IMG/VR virus record: IMGVR_UViG_2924862757_000006
From: an uncultured virus (IMG/VR IMGVR_UViG_2924862757_000006)
Taxonomy: Duplodnaviria > Heunggongvirae > Uroviricota > Caudoviricetes
Length of the DNA stretch: 20,000 nt
Reading direction: 5' to 3' (one strand)
The position numbers and the translations under genes were made by a program. Positions 1 to 9,100 of this stretch are shown one piece after another. Below the pieces are notes generated by a model that worked only from the letters and a program-made list of their open reading frames with translations, was not told where the DNA came from and did no database searches. Each line of letters opens with the position of its first letter. Positions within the stretch are counted from its first letter, which is position 1.

Positions 1-345
1 TTAGTTGGTGATGCCGGTAAACATGAAGTTATCATGTATTCCGGAAAAGCATGGATTACTCCTGATGCTCCAACTTTAGTTGATATTCCTAAAGGTGCAC
101 AAGTCTTTCCTGATGTTGATAAGGTAGATATCTCTAATTTTGATATGCCGGATTGGGACTTTCCTACATTTTCACCGACATATTTTGCATCTTCTTCCGG
201 TGACACCATTGTTTTCAATGATTATTCCCGATTAGAAAAAAGGGTTGATAGAACAAATTTTCTTTTGATGAAGAGTCTTAAAATGCAGCGTCAGGATGCT
301 TCTAACCGTGAATTTGAACTGTATAAGTTATCTAAACTGAAATAG
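1..345 (+). CDS. C-terminal part of a probable phage tail tape-measure protein (5'-truncated by the window)
   Basis: Frame 1 is open from base 1 (LVGDAGKHEVIMYSGKAWITPDAPTLVDIPKGAQVFP). This resembles the VGExGxE...lPxGxxV motif common at tape-measure C-termini, and it lies upstream of tail genes. Confidence 0.55.
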   Translation, partial: LVGDAGKHEVIMYSGKAWITPDAPTLVDIPKGAQVFPDVDKVDISNFDMPDWDFPTFSPTYFASSSGDTIVFNDYSRLEKRVDRTNFLLMKSLKMQRQDASNREFELYKLSKLK

Positions 346-347
346 TC

Positions 348-929
348 ATGATTGAAAGATTAAATCAGATAACATTGAATGATTTCATTGAGCTTTCATG
401 CGGAAACTATGCTTGTTTGCTTTCGGGTCGCGAATTTGTGTCAGAGAGCACGCTTAAAGAGATAGCATCTAAATTGCTCATTGAATACAGAAGTATTGTT
501 AATCCTTCAAATATGAAGGCTATGGTAATGGACAAAGAGGATATGCTGAAAGAACGTGCCAAACTATTGAGTCTTCGTATTTGTCAGGCTCTTGTTTCTC
601 TTGGCTTTTATGATGATGTTCGTCAGGTATTGGGTCAACTAAATGTAGATACCCGAAATATGAGTGATGAGCAAGTTATATCGAAGCTTGATTATTTACT
701 TCATTCTGCAATTTTTGAGCAAAAACGGAATGAGGAGAGACGCAGTGAGGAACATAAAGGAAGTAAGGCTACTCCTGAACAAATTCGTTCTTCTTTTGAT
801 GCAGAGATTGCTTTTCTAATGACATTCTTTAAAATGAGTATTGATTCCCGTGTAATTAATGCTGCTGTCTATGCGAATATCGTTCATCAAGCTGATGTTG
901 AAATATCGATCAGAAAAAGAAGCACATGA
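348..929 (+). CDS. hypothetical phage protein (193 aa)
   Basis: ORF begins 2 nt after the upstream stop on the same strand; no recognisable motif. Confidence 0.75.
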   Translation: MIERLNQITLNDFIELSCGNYACLLSGREFVSESTLKEIASKLLIEYRSIVNPSNMKAMVMDKEDMLKERAKLLSLRICQALVSLGFYDDVRQVLGQLNVDTRNMSDEQVISKLDYLLHSAIFEQKRNEERRSEEHKGSKATPEQIRSSFDAEIAFLMTFFKMSIDSRVINAAVYANIVHQADVEISIRKRST

Positions 930-1036
930 TAATATTGGTATTACATATATGCTGTAATTCGATTAATTTTTAATTAAAGCGAATTATTTCATACAGTCGT
1001 TTGTACATCTCCTTTAGAATCACAAACGACTTTTTT

Positions 1037-1324
1037 ATGAATAAAAAAAACAGCATCCATTGTATAAATAGGCATTTATACAATGTTTTATTGTCAGAAT
1101 TACGTACATTAGAGACGAAGTGTAATCGGATAACAGCAGAAGTGTCCGAGGTAAAAAAAATGATTGCCTTATTGCCCCCCGATATAGGCACTCTTATTAG
1201 TTCAATCGAGCGTTCTGCTAAGGAAATGCACGAACAAAGTATCATGCACCGGAAATATGTGGAAAGGTGCATTAATGGCGAACCGAAGATACACCTAATA
1301 AGGAGGGCTGACAATGGACTTTGA
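1037..1324 (+). CDS. hypothetical coiled-coil protein (start 1037 or 1001)
   Basis: ORF with a heptad-like stretch (LSELRTLETKCNRITAEVSEVKKM); its 3' end overlaps the start of the sigma-factor gene. Confidence 0.6.
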   Translation: MNKKNSIHCINRHLYNVLLSELRTLETKCNRITAEVSEVKKMIALLPPDIGTLISSIERSAKEMHEQSIMHRKYVERCINGEPKIHLIRRADNGL

Positions 1325-1787
1325 AAAGGAATTATCAGAAATATATCCTTGGATATTAAAGGTGGCAAGAAAATTCTGCTGTTCCATGCAAGATGCTGAA
1401 GACTTAGCCGGTGATACAGTTTATAAGCTACTTGTGAATCGTGATAAATTTGATTGTTCTAAACCGCTTCAACCGTGGTGCCTTATTATAATGAGGAATA
1501 CTTATATAATAAGATACAATAGAAATTCCCTTATACATTTTACAGGGCTTGATATGGTAGACGGAAGTGCCATTTCTAACTGTACAGCTCATTCAATACT
1601 GTTTGATGATTTGGTTTCCATAATACAACGGTGTGCTAAAAAATCCCGTTGTATTGATAGTGTGATGTATTATGCTAGTGGGTATTCTTATGATGAGATA
1701 AGTGAAATCCTGAACATTCCTGTTGGAACTGTAAGAAGTCGTATTTCTTCCGGTCGGAAGTTTCTGCTTCATGAAATTGGATATTGA
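1314..1787 (+). CDS. RNA polymerase sigma-70 family, ECF-type sigma factor
   Basis: Region 2-like DAEDLAGDTVYKLL...FDCSKPLQPWCLIIMRN and region 4 HTH GYSYDEISEILNIPVGTVRSRISSGRK; 157 aa. Confidence 0.85.
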   Translation: MDFEKELSEIYPWILKVARKFCCSMQDAEDLAGDTVYKLLVNRDKFDCSKPLQPWCLIIMRNTYIIRYNRNSLIHFTGLDMVDGSAISNCTAHSILFDDLVSIIQRCAKKSRCIDSVMYYASGYSYDEISEILNIPVGTVRSRISSGRKFLLHEIGY

Positions 1788-1827
1788 TGATCGATTAAAA
1801 GTGTATGGAAATAACTTTTTTCATAAA

Positions 1828-1883
1828 TATAGCAAAATAGTTATATTTTTATTTGGTGGTTTATAGCAAAAACGCTATATTTG
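1828..1883 (+). promoter_or_regulatory. Bacteroidetes sigma-A promoter of hicAB with two palindromic operators
   Basis: TTTG (1852-1855), 20-nt spacer, TATATTTG (1876-1883) match the -33/-7 consensus TTTG-N19-21-TAnnTTTG. Palindromes: TATAGC-N6-GTTATA (1828-1845) and TATAGC-N6-GCTATA (1862-1879). Confidence 0.75.
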
Positions 1884-1913
1884 TATCGTCTTAAATAAAC
1901 GGTCTTTTACATT

Positions 1914-2099
1914 ATGAAGTACAATCAGTTTTTTGCGGAACTTACCGCAGCAGGTTGTTACGTTCTTAGGCATGGGGCTAATCATGATATTTGGTACAGC
2001 CCCAAGACAGGAAACAAATTTGCCCTGTCAAGGCATGGCAAACAGGAAGTGCCTACCGGAATGGAACGTAAAGCAAGAAAGGTTCTTTTGGGGGAGTAA
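1914..2099 (+). CDS. hicA: HicA family toxin (mRNA interferase)
   Basis: Basic 61-aa protein with GCYVLRHGANHDIW...RHGKQEVPTG, the typical HicA pattern including the catalytic His; lies upstream of a hicB-like gene. Confidence 0.88.
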   Translation: MKYNQFFAELTAAGCYVLRHGANHDIWYSPKTGNKFALSRHGKQEVPTGMERKARKVLLGE

Positions 2100-2190
2100 T
2101 CCCCCTACCTTTTGCGCTTTATTATCTAAAGGACTGTAAATGTTGAGACAATGGGGTACGGTATATTGCCGTACTCCTATTTTTAAAGCA

Positions 2191-2592
2191 ATGGATATGA
2201 AAGTAACTGTAATCATGGAAAAGGCGAGCGATGGGTATTACTCATGCTTTGTCGAGGAAGATTTACCCGGCTTTGGTTTGGCAGGGTATGGAGATACGGC
2301 GGAAGCCGCGAAAGAGGATATGATGAAAGCATATGAGGAAATAAAGGAGATGCAGGCAGAAGAAGGCAAGGAAATGCCGGAATTGGAGTTTATCTACAAA
2401 TATGATATGCAGTCTTTCTTCAACTATTTCTCATTCCTGAATGTTACTAAGGTTGCAGAGTTGGCAGGTATCAATGCTTCATTGATGAGACAATATACTT
2501 CCGGTGTGACAGTAGCCGGACAAAAACAATATGATAAGATACGGGTAGCGGTGGAACGTATATCTAAAGAACTTTCCGCAGCCACTTTCTAA
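2191..2592 (+). CDS. hicB: HicB family antitoxin with C-terminal HTH (start 2191 or 2197)
   Basis: N-terminal KVTVIMEKASDGYYSCFVEEDLPG...GYGDTAEAAKED is a HicB motif; C-terminal LNVTKVAELAGINASLMRQY is HTH-like. Confidence 0.88.
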   Translation: MDMKVTVIMEKASDGYYSCFVEEDLPGFGLAGYGDTAEAAKEDMMKAYEEIKEMQAEEGKEMPELEFIYKYDMQSFFNYFSFLNVTKVAELAGINASLMRQYTSGVTVAGQKQYDKIRVAVERISKELSAATF

Positions 2593-2637
2593 AGATAGTG
2601 TACCGCTGTGAAGCGAGACCGTTTTAAGACAAAGGCA

Positions 2638-2674
2638 GGCTCCGTTCCTTTATATATGGGTTCGGAGCTTTTTT
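2638..2674 (+). terminator. intrinsic terminator of hicAB
   Basis: GGCTCCG...CGGAGCT stem followed by a T run, about 45 nt after the hicB stop. Confidence 0.6.
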
Positions 2675-2795
2675 ATGAAAGTATTAATTTGTAAATTGAG
2701 AATGCAGAAAGTCATAATTATTTTATGTTTTATCTATTGCGTTGAAAAATAAATAGTTATGTCTTGCTTTTGCAAAATGCAATTTTCAAGAATTT

Positions 2796-2823
2796 AGCCA
2801 ATCGGGAAACCGGTTGGCTTTTT
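2796..2823 (+). terminator. terminator-like hairpin upstream of the tail gene
   Basis: AGCCAATCGG-GAAA-CCGGTTGGCT-TTTT (10-bp stem with one G-U pair, GNRA loop), directly followed by a TATATTTG -7 box (2827-2834). Confidence 0.6.
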
Positions 2824-2860
2824 CTATATATTTGCTCGTGAACGTTCAAAACGAGTTAAA

Positions 2861-4852
2861 ATGCTTTGTAAATATGTACTTACAGTTGATAGTATTTCCT
2901 ATGATATTCCCAAATCTTGTATTCAGAATTGGGATGAAATAAAGTTTTCCCGTAAACGCTCCGGACTTGAAGGAATAACTAGAACCTTTACTTCAAAATT
3001 CCAGTTTGTGGGAGAAGCCTATGATCTCATATTGGAGGAGTATTTGAGCAAATACCTGGCTTCTAATGCTAGTATCACTGTTTATACTATAACTAATTCT
3101 CATACTTATGAAGAATTCTTCAGTTGCCGACTGGATTTCGGTTCATTGACCTATGATGGAAATGCTGTTTCTATTAATTCGATAGATGATAGTGTCGCTA
3201 ATATCATAAAGGCTAACAAAGGAACGCAGTACGAATATTCGGTAGATGAGATAAAAGATGTATATCAGCTTTATTATGATTCTGTAAGTATGAATTATAG
3301 TCAACCGCATACATTAGGTGGTAATACTGTAGAAAATGATGCTTCTTTGCAATATATTGTAATTGACAAAGGAATATATGTAGAAGCTATAACATATTCG
3401 CTTCCCTTATATATTTCTGGTGGTGAACTTCCGTCACGGGATTCACCTCTTGAGTTTTATGATGCACCACAAGAATCGAAAGATGATCCAAATGTATTTG
3501 TTAAAGCCTTGTCCGACATTGATATAGTATTGAATTTTAGTTTTGAATACTATATCAGTTATAGTGATGCGTATACAACTAAAGCTGAAATTGTTCTAGG
3601 TGGGCGTTACGAAGATGGTCGTTTAGTCGAGTTGAAAAGATGGGGGTATAATAAGGGGGATGTTACTCCAAGTAATCTGAATGAATCCATCAAGATTCAT
3701 CTGACTAAAGGGCAGGCTTTATTTTTTGATTTGAAGGTAACATTTAACAGAGTTAATGCTTCTACTGGCAATATTTATTTTCGTAATTTCAAATTTGAGA
3801 CACGCTTTACTTCTCGAGCTAACCCTATCTATGTGGATGCAATAAGACCTATTGATGTGTTAAACCGATTGCTTAAAAGCATGAATGGTGGAAATGAAGG
3901 TATCTATGGTGAAATAGCTTCAGGTGTTGATGAAAGGTTAGATAATTGCGTGATATTAGCTGCTGAAAGTATCCGTGGAATCCCCCAAGCTAAGCTATAT
4001 ACTTCTTATACAAAGTTTAAAAACTGGATGGAAACAGTTTTTGGCTTTGTGCCTGTGATCAATGGTGTCACTGTTTTTTTTAAACACCGGGACAAATTGT
4101 TTAGTGATAACAATGTAAAGGATTTAAATAGCAGCTTTTCTAGTTTTGAGTATAAGGTTGATTCATCAAGAATATATTCTTTGGTTAGGGTAGGATATGA
4201 TAAACAGGACTATGAAAGTATGAATGGTCGTGACGAATTCCGATTTACTACTGAATATACTACTGGCATTGATATAACTGATAATGTATTAGAGTTGATT
4301 AGCCCTTACCGTGCTGATGTTTATGGAATTGAATTCTTATCGCAAAAGAGAGGCCAAGATACAACGGATAGTGAAAGTGACAATGATGTGTTTTTTGTTT
4401 GTGCCAGTACTACATTACATGATAATGGCGGAGTACAAACATATAAAGAGTATAGGCTTATAAGGAGCGGTTGGGAAATAAGTGGTGTACTTGATCCTGA
4501 AACGATGTTTAATACCATGTATTGGCAAGGAGGCATATTGCAAGCAAATGCCGGCTATATTGGTATGTTCACTAAAAAACTATCTTATTCTTCTTCTGAC
4601 GGTAATAGTGATGTTGTTGTCAATGGTATAGGAATGAAAGATGATTTTAACGTTGAAAGTGGTATTATAACTTGTGGAGATGTTTCATTCACAACTTATA
4701 ATGAAGATATTCCACCAACAGATGATGAAACGATTAAAATCTTAAAAGATGATCTAGTTTACGAGGGCTACATCAAAGAGGTGAGTAGTACAGTTGAGAG
4801 AAACGAGGGAGTGAAGTATGATTTATTTGTCCGTTCAATAACAAAAGCCTAG
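2861..4852 (+). CDS. putative phage tail/structural protein (663 aa)
   Basis: Long ORF rich in beta-strand-type sequence, between the tape-measure and tail-fibre genes; function inferred from position only. Confidence 0.6.
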   Translation: MLCKYVLTVDSISYDIPKSCIQNWDEIKFSRKRSGLEGITRTFTSKFQFVGEAYDLILEEYLSKYLASNASITVYTITNSHTYEEFFSCRLDFGSLTYDGNAVSINSIDDSVANIIKANKGTQYEYSVDEIKDVYQLYYDSVSMNYSQPHTLGGNTVENDASLQYIVIDKGIYVEAITYSLPLYISGGELPSRDSPLEFYDAPQESKDDPNVFVKALSDIDIVLNFSFEYYISYSDAYTTKAEIVLGGRYEDGRLVELKRWGYNKGDVTPSNLNESIKIHLTKGQALFFDLKVTFNRVNASTGNIYFRNFKFETRFTSRANPIYVDAIRPIDVLNRLLKSMNGGNEGIYGEIASGVDERLDNCVILAAESIRGIPQAKLYTSYTKFKNWMETVFGFVPVINGVTVFFKHRDKLFSDNNVKDLNSSFSSFEYKVDSSRIYSLVRVGYDKQDYESMNGRDEFRFTTEYTTGIDITDNVLELISPYRADVYGIEFLSQKRGQDTTDSESDNDVFFVCASTTLHDNGGVQTYKEYRLIRSGWEISGVLDPETMFNTMYWQGGILQANAGYIGMFTKKLSYSSSDGNSDVVVNGIGMKDDFNVESGIITCGDVSFTTYNEDIPPTDDETIKILKDDLVYEGYIKEVSSTVERNEGVKYDLFVRSITKA

Positions 4853-4856
4853 AAAT

Positions 4857-6170
4857 ATGATTATAAGCCCGTTTACCCCACTGTTTTTTTCTCCGTCTAC
4901 CGATAAATTTGGAGCGAAGAGTAAATATGTGCAATTATTCGCACGTACAGACAGGATTTTTGTTGAATTGATTTTGACAGCCAAAGAGCAGGAGCCTATA
5001 GTTTACATTAATAATCTTTTAAGTAATATATCTACACCTGTATCATTAAGCTCATGGAAGATGAATGATGATAAGATTCTTTATTTCTATAACATTTCAT
5101 TGCTTCCATGTGGATACTATACTGTAACAGTTAATGGGAATACGAGTGAGATTTTTAAAGTTACGGACGATGAATGTGAGTTATCAGAAACCAGCCTTAT
5201 TCAGTATTCAATGAAAGATAATAAGCAGCGTCTTGATGCTGTCTGGTGGATAGATGGGATGCAATACTTTTTTGATTTTCGCGTTCCTGGTGGTTTCAAA
5301 GATAACGGATGGACGTTCGGTGTGGATAATGAGCAGTTCGTGACCTCTGATGAGGATATTGTTGAGCTATTCAGCCACGAATATACAACAGTATTATTCA
5401 CGCTTGGAAATGGGATGGGATGCCCTGTGTGGTTTGCTGAATTATTGAATCGTGTCTTATGCTGTAATTACGTCTACTTTGATGGTGTTCGATATACCAG
5501 AAAGGAAAGTAATGTTCCAGAACTTAACCAGCAAATAGAGGGATTGAAGAGTTTTGTGTTCAATCAAATGTTACAGAAGGTAAGAACGATGAATCCAGTT
5601 TTGGAATGGAATAACCAGCTTGCTATGAGGTGTGTACAAAGCGGGGCTTATAGGATAGCAGATGATGAAGGAATACGTAGTATCAAGTATGGTTCAGAAA
5701 GTGAGGTTGCAGAGGTCGGAGCATATATCAATATGACTAAGGCTATTCCTAATACTGGAGTTTCTATTAATAGTGATACTATGGTTACTGTCAACAGTAT
5801 TCATCACCCAGGTGTTGATGAAAATTCATATTGGGATTTGATTGCAATCAAGACGACTGACATAGATAACAAGTATATTGGTAGAAGAGGTTACGGTAAA
5901 CTTACAGTTAATGGACTGGATAGACTAAAGAACGATTTGGACAACGGTTCGATAAATTTGCGTGCTGTACTATATAAAGGAGATTCGTATACTAACCTCA
6001 TTGAAGGGAGTGTAATCAGTAGGGATGGTGTATGTGTCTTGAAAGGTATTAACGGTGGAGATATTGGTGCTCTGAAGGAGTTCCAACTTTATCTTGATAA
6101 TGTCTATGATTGCGACATAGATAATCTTGGTATGACCATTGAGCTTGTATGGGTATATGAAAATGATTAA
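4857..6170 (+). CDS. putative phage tail/baseplate protein (437 aa)
   Basis: Long ORF spaced 4 nt and 11 nt from its neighbours; function inferred from position. Confidence 0.55.
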   Translation: MIISPFTPLFFSPSTDKFGAKSKYVQLFARTDRIFVELILTAKEQEPIVYINNLLSNISTPVSLSSWKMNDDKILYFYNISLLPCGYYTVTVNGNTSEIFKVTDDECELSETSLIQYSMKDNKQRLDAVWWIDGMQYFFDFRVPGGFKDNGWTFGVDNEQFVTSDEDIVELFSHEYTTVLFTLGNGMGCPVWFAELLNRVLCCNYVYFDGVRYTRKESNVPELNQQIEGLKSFVFNQMLQKVRTMNPVLEWNNQLAMRCVQSGAYRIADDEGIRSIKYGSESEVAEVGAYINMTKAIPNTGVSINSDTMVTVNSIHHPGVDENSYWDLIAIKTTDIDNKYIGRRGYGKLTVNGLDRLKNDLDNGSINLRAVLYKGDSYTNLIEGSVISRDGVCVLKGINGGDIGALKEFQLYLDNVYDCDIDNLGMTIELVWVYEND

Positions 6171-6181
6171 AAAAGAGAATT

Positions 6182-9100
6182 ATGACAGAAACAGAAAAAC
6201 AACAGATTATTAGCCTTGTGTTACAAGCGTTGAAGACAAACAGTCTTACAATAGAGCAACTGACTGATACAACAGAGCTATCCAAAGATATGTACGTTGA
6301 AGTTAGTGGCGGTCGGAAAATATCTATTGATTTACTTTCAAGTACCATTGCTAAAATGGTGAATGGGGATTTTGATGCATTAGTGGAGAATGTCAATAAG
6401 ATTGCAAAAGATTTATCGGATGGAGACGCCGAGTTATTGAAACGTATAACAGGAGTGTCTGATAAATCCAATCCTTTGACTGACCCATTTAAAAGTATTG
6501 GCTCTTTTACTACTATTGGTAGCTTTAAAGATAAATTAAAAACGATGTATTCCGGGGATTCTTCTATTGGGAATTATCGGTGTATTTTGTCTGTTGATTT
6601 GTCTAAGATTCCTGTAAATATACAAATTGAACGGTTGGAGCTTGATAAGGTTTGTCAATCATTCACTTCGTGTATACAACTGGCTACCATGTCAGACAAT
6701 GCCGAAGGTGTATATTTAGGTACAGTTTGTACAATCTCACGAATAGGTATTGTTTCCAATGAGAGTGTTACATGGGGCAAATGGACCTCTGTAATAAATG
6801 ACTTTGAGGAAAGGATAGGAAAAGCGAACGGTATCGCTCCTTTGAACGAAGAAAGTAAAGTTCCTTCTGAATGTCTGCCTGAACCGTTGTCTCTTGGGGA
6901 AGGTGAAGAAGAAGCTTTCCCCGGCAACCGTGGAAAGTCTTTGGAAGATACAATGAAAAATATCCCTTCCGATATAATCAAACCGGGTTCTTTCTCCGTC
7001 CTGTCTGACGCTTCCTATCTCAATGTGTATTTTAAGAAAGTGTCCAAAACAACCGGTAAAGAAACGGACGACAGCTTCCGTCTGCCTTCTGCTACCCTTG
7101 AACAAGCCGGCCTTTTGTCCGCCGAGGATAAGCAAGCCCTTGAGGATATGAAGAGCGGCACGCCCGCCGACGATGTAACACACCCCATCGTCATTGTTGA
7201 TGAGATCCGCCCTCTGAAAGATGGCCACTATACCCTTGAAACCGCTATTGCCGCCATTGTCTCCTATCAACAGGAATCTGGCGTCAAATATGAGCGAACG
7301 GGTCTCATCATTACTTACAAAACAGGCGAGTATGAAATGGAAACCCGGCAGTTCCAGGGTGCTGTGTCCGATTTTGCGACCCCTTCTCTTTGGAAACCCT
7401 TCGGGAATGGTGGTGGCGGTTCCGTTGTTGAAACTTCCGATGAACCGGCAGAAGGGGGAAAGGATGCCTTTTCAACTGGTGGCGCCTATGCCTATGTTCC
7501 GGCCAACCTCGACGTAAACGTGGAAACAGAAGGCATCGTAAAACTTCAGATGAAGAACGCTGCTGGTGAAACCCTTGGTGATGAAGTGCAGTTCGCTATC
7601 GGCACGGGTGGCGGCGGTCAAACTGGCGGTACCATTGTTGCCATTGCTTTCCAGTCGACACCTGTCTATGGCTCTTACGGCTCCACGCTACGAACCTTTG
7701 CCGCCATTCGTTCCGTGACCTCGAACGGTGTCGAATCCTCTGACAACCTGATTGAGAAACTGGAACTCGTAGACCGTGAAAGCGGGCTTACCGTCTGGAC
7801 TGAAACCGTCAACAAAGCATCTTCCGGTGACATGAAGGACTTCTCCTTTGAACTGGACTTCACCGCATACTTTACGGCTGCCGGTACTCGGAAATTCAAG
7901 CTGATAGCCACTGACGAAAGCGGCAATACCGGTTCCAAGAATGTCAATGTAACAGCTGTTGATATTACCTGTACCTGTGTGCAGGTGCTCAACTATACCC
8001 CTGAAACTCTGCTTACTCCGACAACTGAAAGTTTCAGCCTTCCACTCTATAAGTTCGGAAACAACACCTCTGATAAAGGTATCAGTGCCCAGGTTGACAT
8101 CAAGATTAATGGTGAATGGCAATCCCTGTCTACCACCGTTGTAAATGACAACTACTCGCACTCCGTTGTAATCCGCCCTGCTTCCCTCGGCCTAGAACAC
8201 GGTACCTATCCCTTGCGCATCCAAGGAATGGATGTCGCATCCGGAGTGAAAGGAAATGTCATCTACACGGCTGTCATGGTAATTGACCCGAATAGTTCCA
8301 CACCTCTTGTCGCCTTGAGATACGATGATAAAAACGGTGGAGTAGTCCGACTGTACGAAACCGTAGAACTTGATGTTGCCTGTTATGACCCGTTGGAAAT
8401 GACTTCACCCGTCAGCGTGAAAGCCAATAACGTGCAGGTAACACAAATTGCTGCCAGTCGTAACAAAACCTATCAGGTCAAACAGCAACTGCAGGGCTAC
8501 AAGGCTGACGGCACCGATACGGTCAACTATACTGCCGTATGCAAGGACGTGACTAGCGAACCTGTCCGGGTGACAGTTAGCGGTTCCGCCATTGACGCCG
8601 CCATAAAAGAAGGCGCCATCTATAACTTTGACTTCTCATCCCGTACCAATCAGGAAACTGACCATAGCATTGTCAGCGGTAATTATGAAATGAAAGTGGA
8701 CGGTGCCAACTGGACTACCAACGGTTTTGGCACATTCTTGGGTGAGAACTGCCTTCGCGTAGCCGAGAATGTGGGCGTGTCATTAAACCATGCCCCGTTT
8801 GCCGGCTCGTCCATCGAATCCAACGGTGCCGCCATCCAGTTCGCTTTCGCTTCCAAGAACGTGACCGATGATGATGCCCTGCTCCTTAGCTGCTATGACG
8901 AAACGTCCGGTGCCGGCTTCTATGTCACCGGCCGGGTGGTCGGCATCTTCTGTAACAATGGCGTTTCCCGTCGTGAAGAACGCGCCTATCGACAGGGTGA
9001 AAAGATAACCGTAGCCGTGGTTGTTGAACCTGCAAGCAACTACGTTGAACGTGACGGTACACGATATTCTATGATGAAACTCTTCCTCAACGGTGAGGAA

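Noticed and set aside
1043..1160. A8 homopolymers as phase-variation tracts
   Set aside because: Short runs in AT-rich sequence that encode Lys codons in an intact frame; expected by chance.
2140..2190. Longer hicB start given in the ORF track
   Set aside because: HicB similarity begins at MDMKVTV (2191/2197), and the extension overlaps a hairpin.
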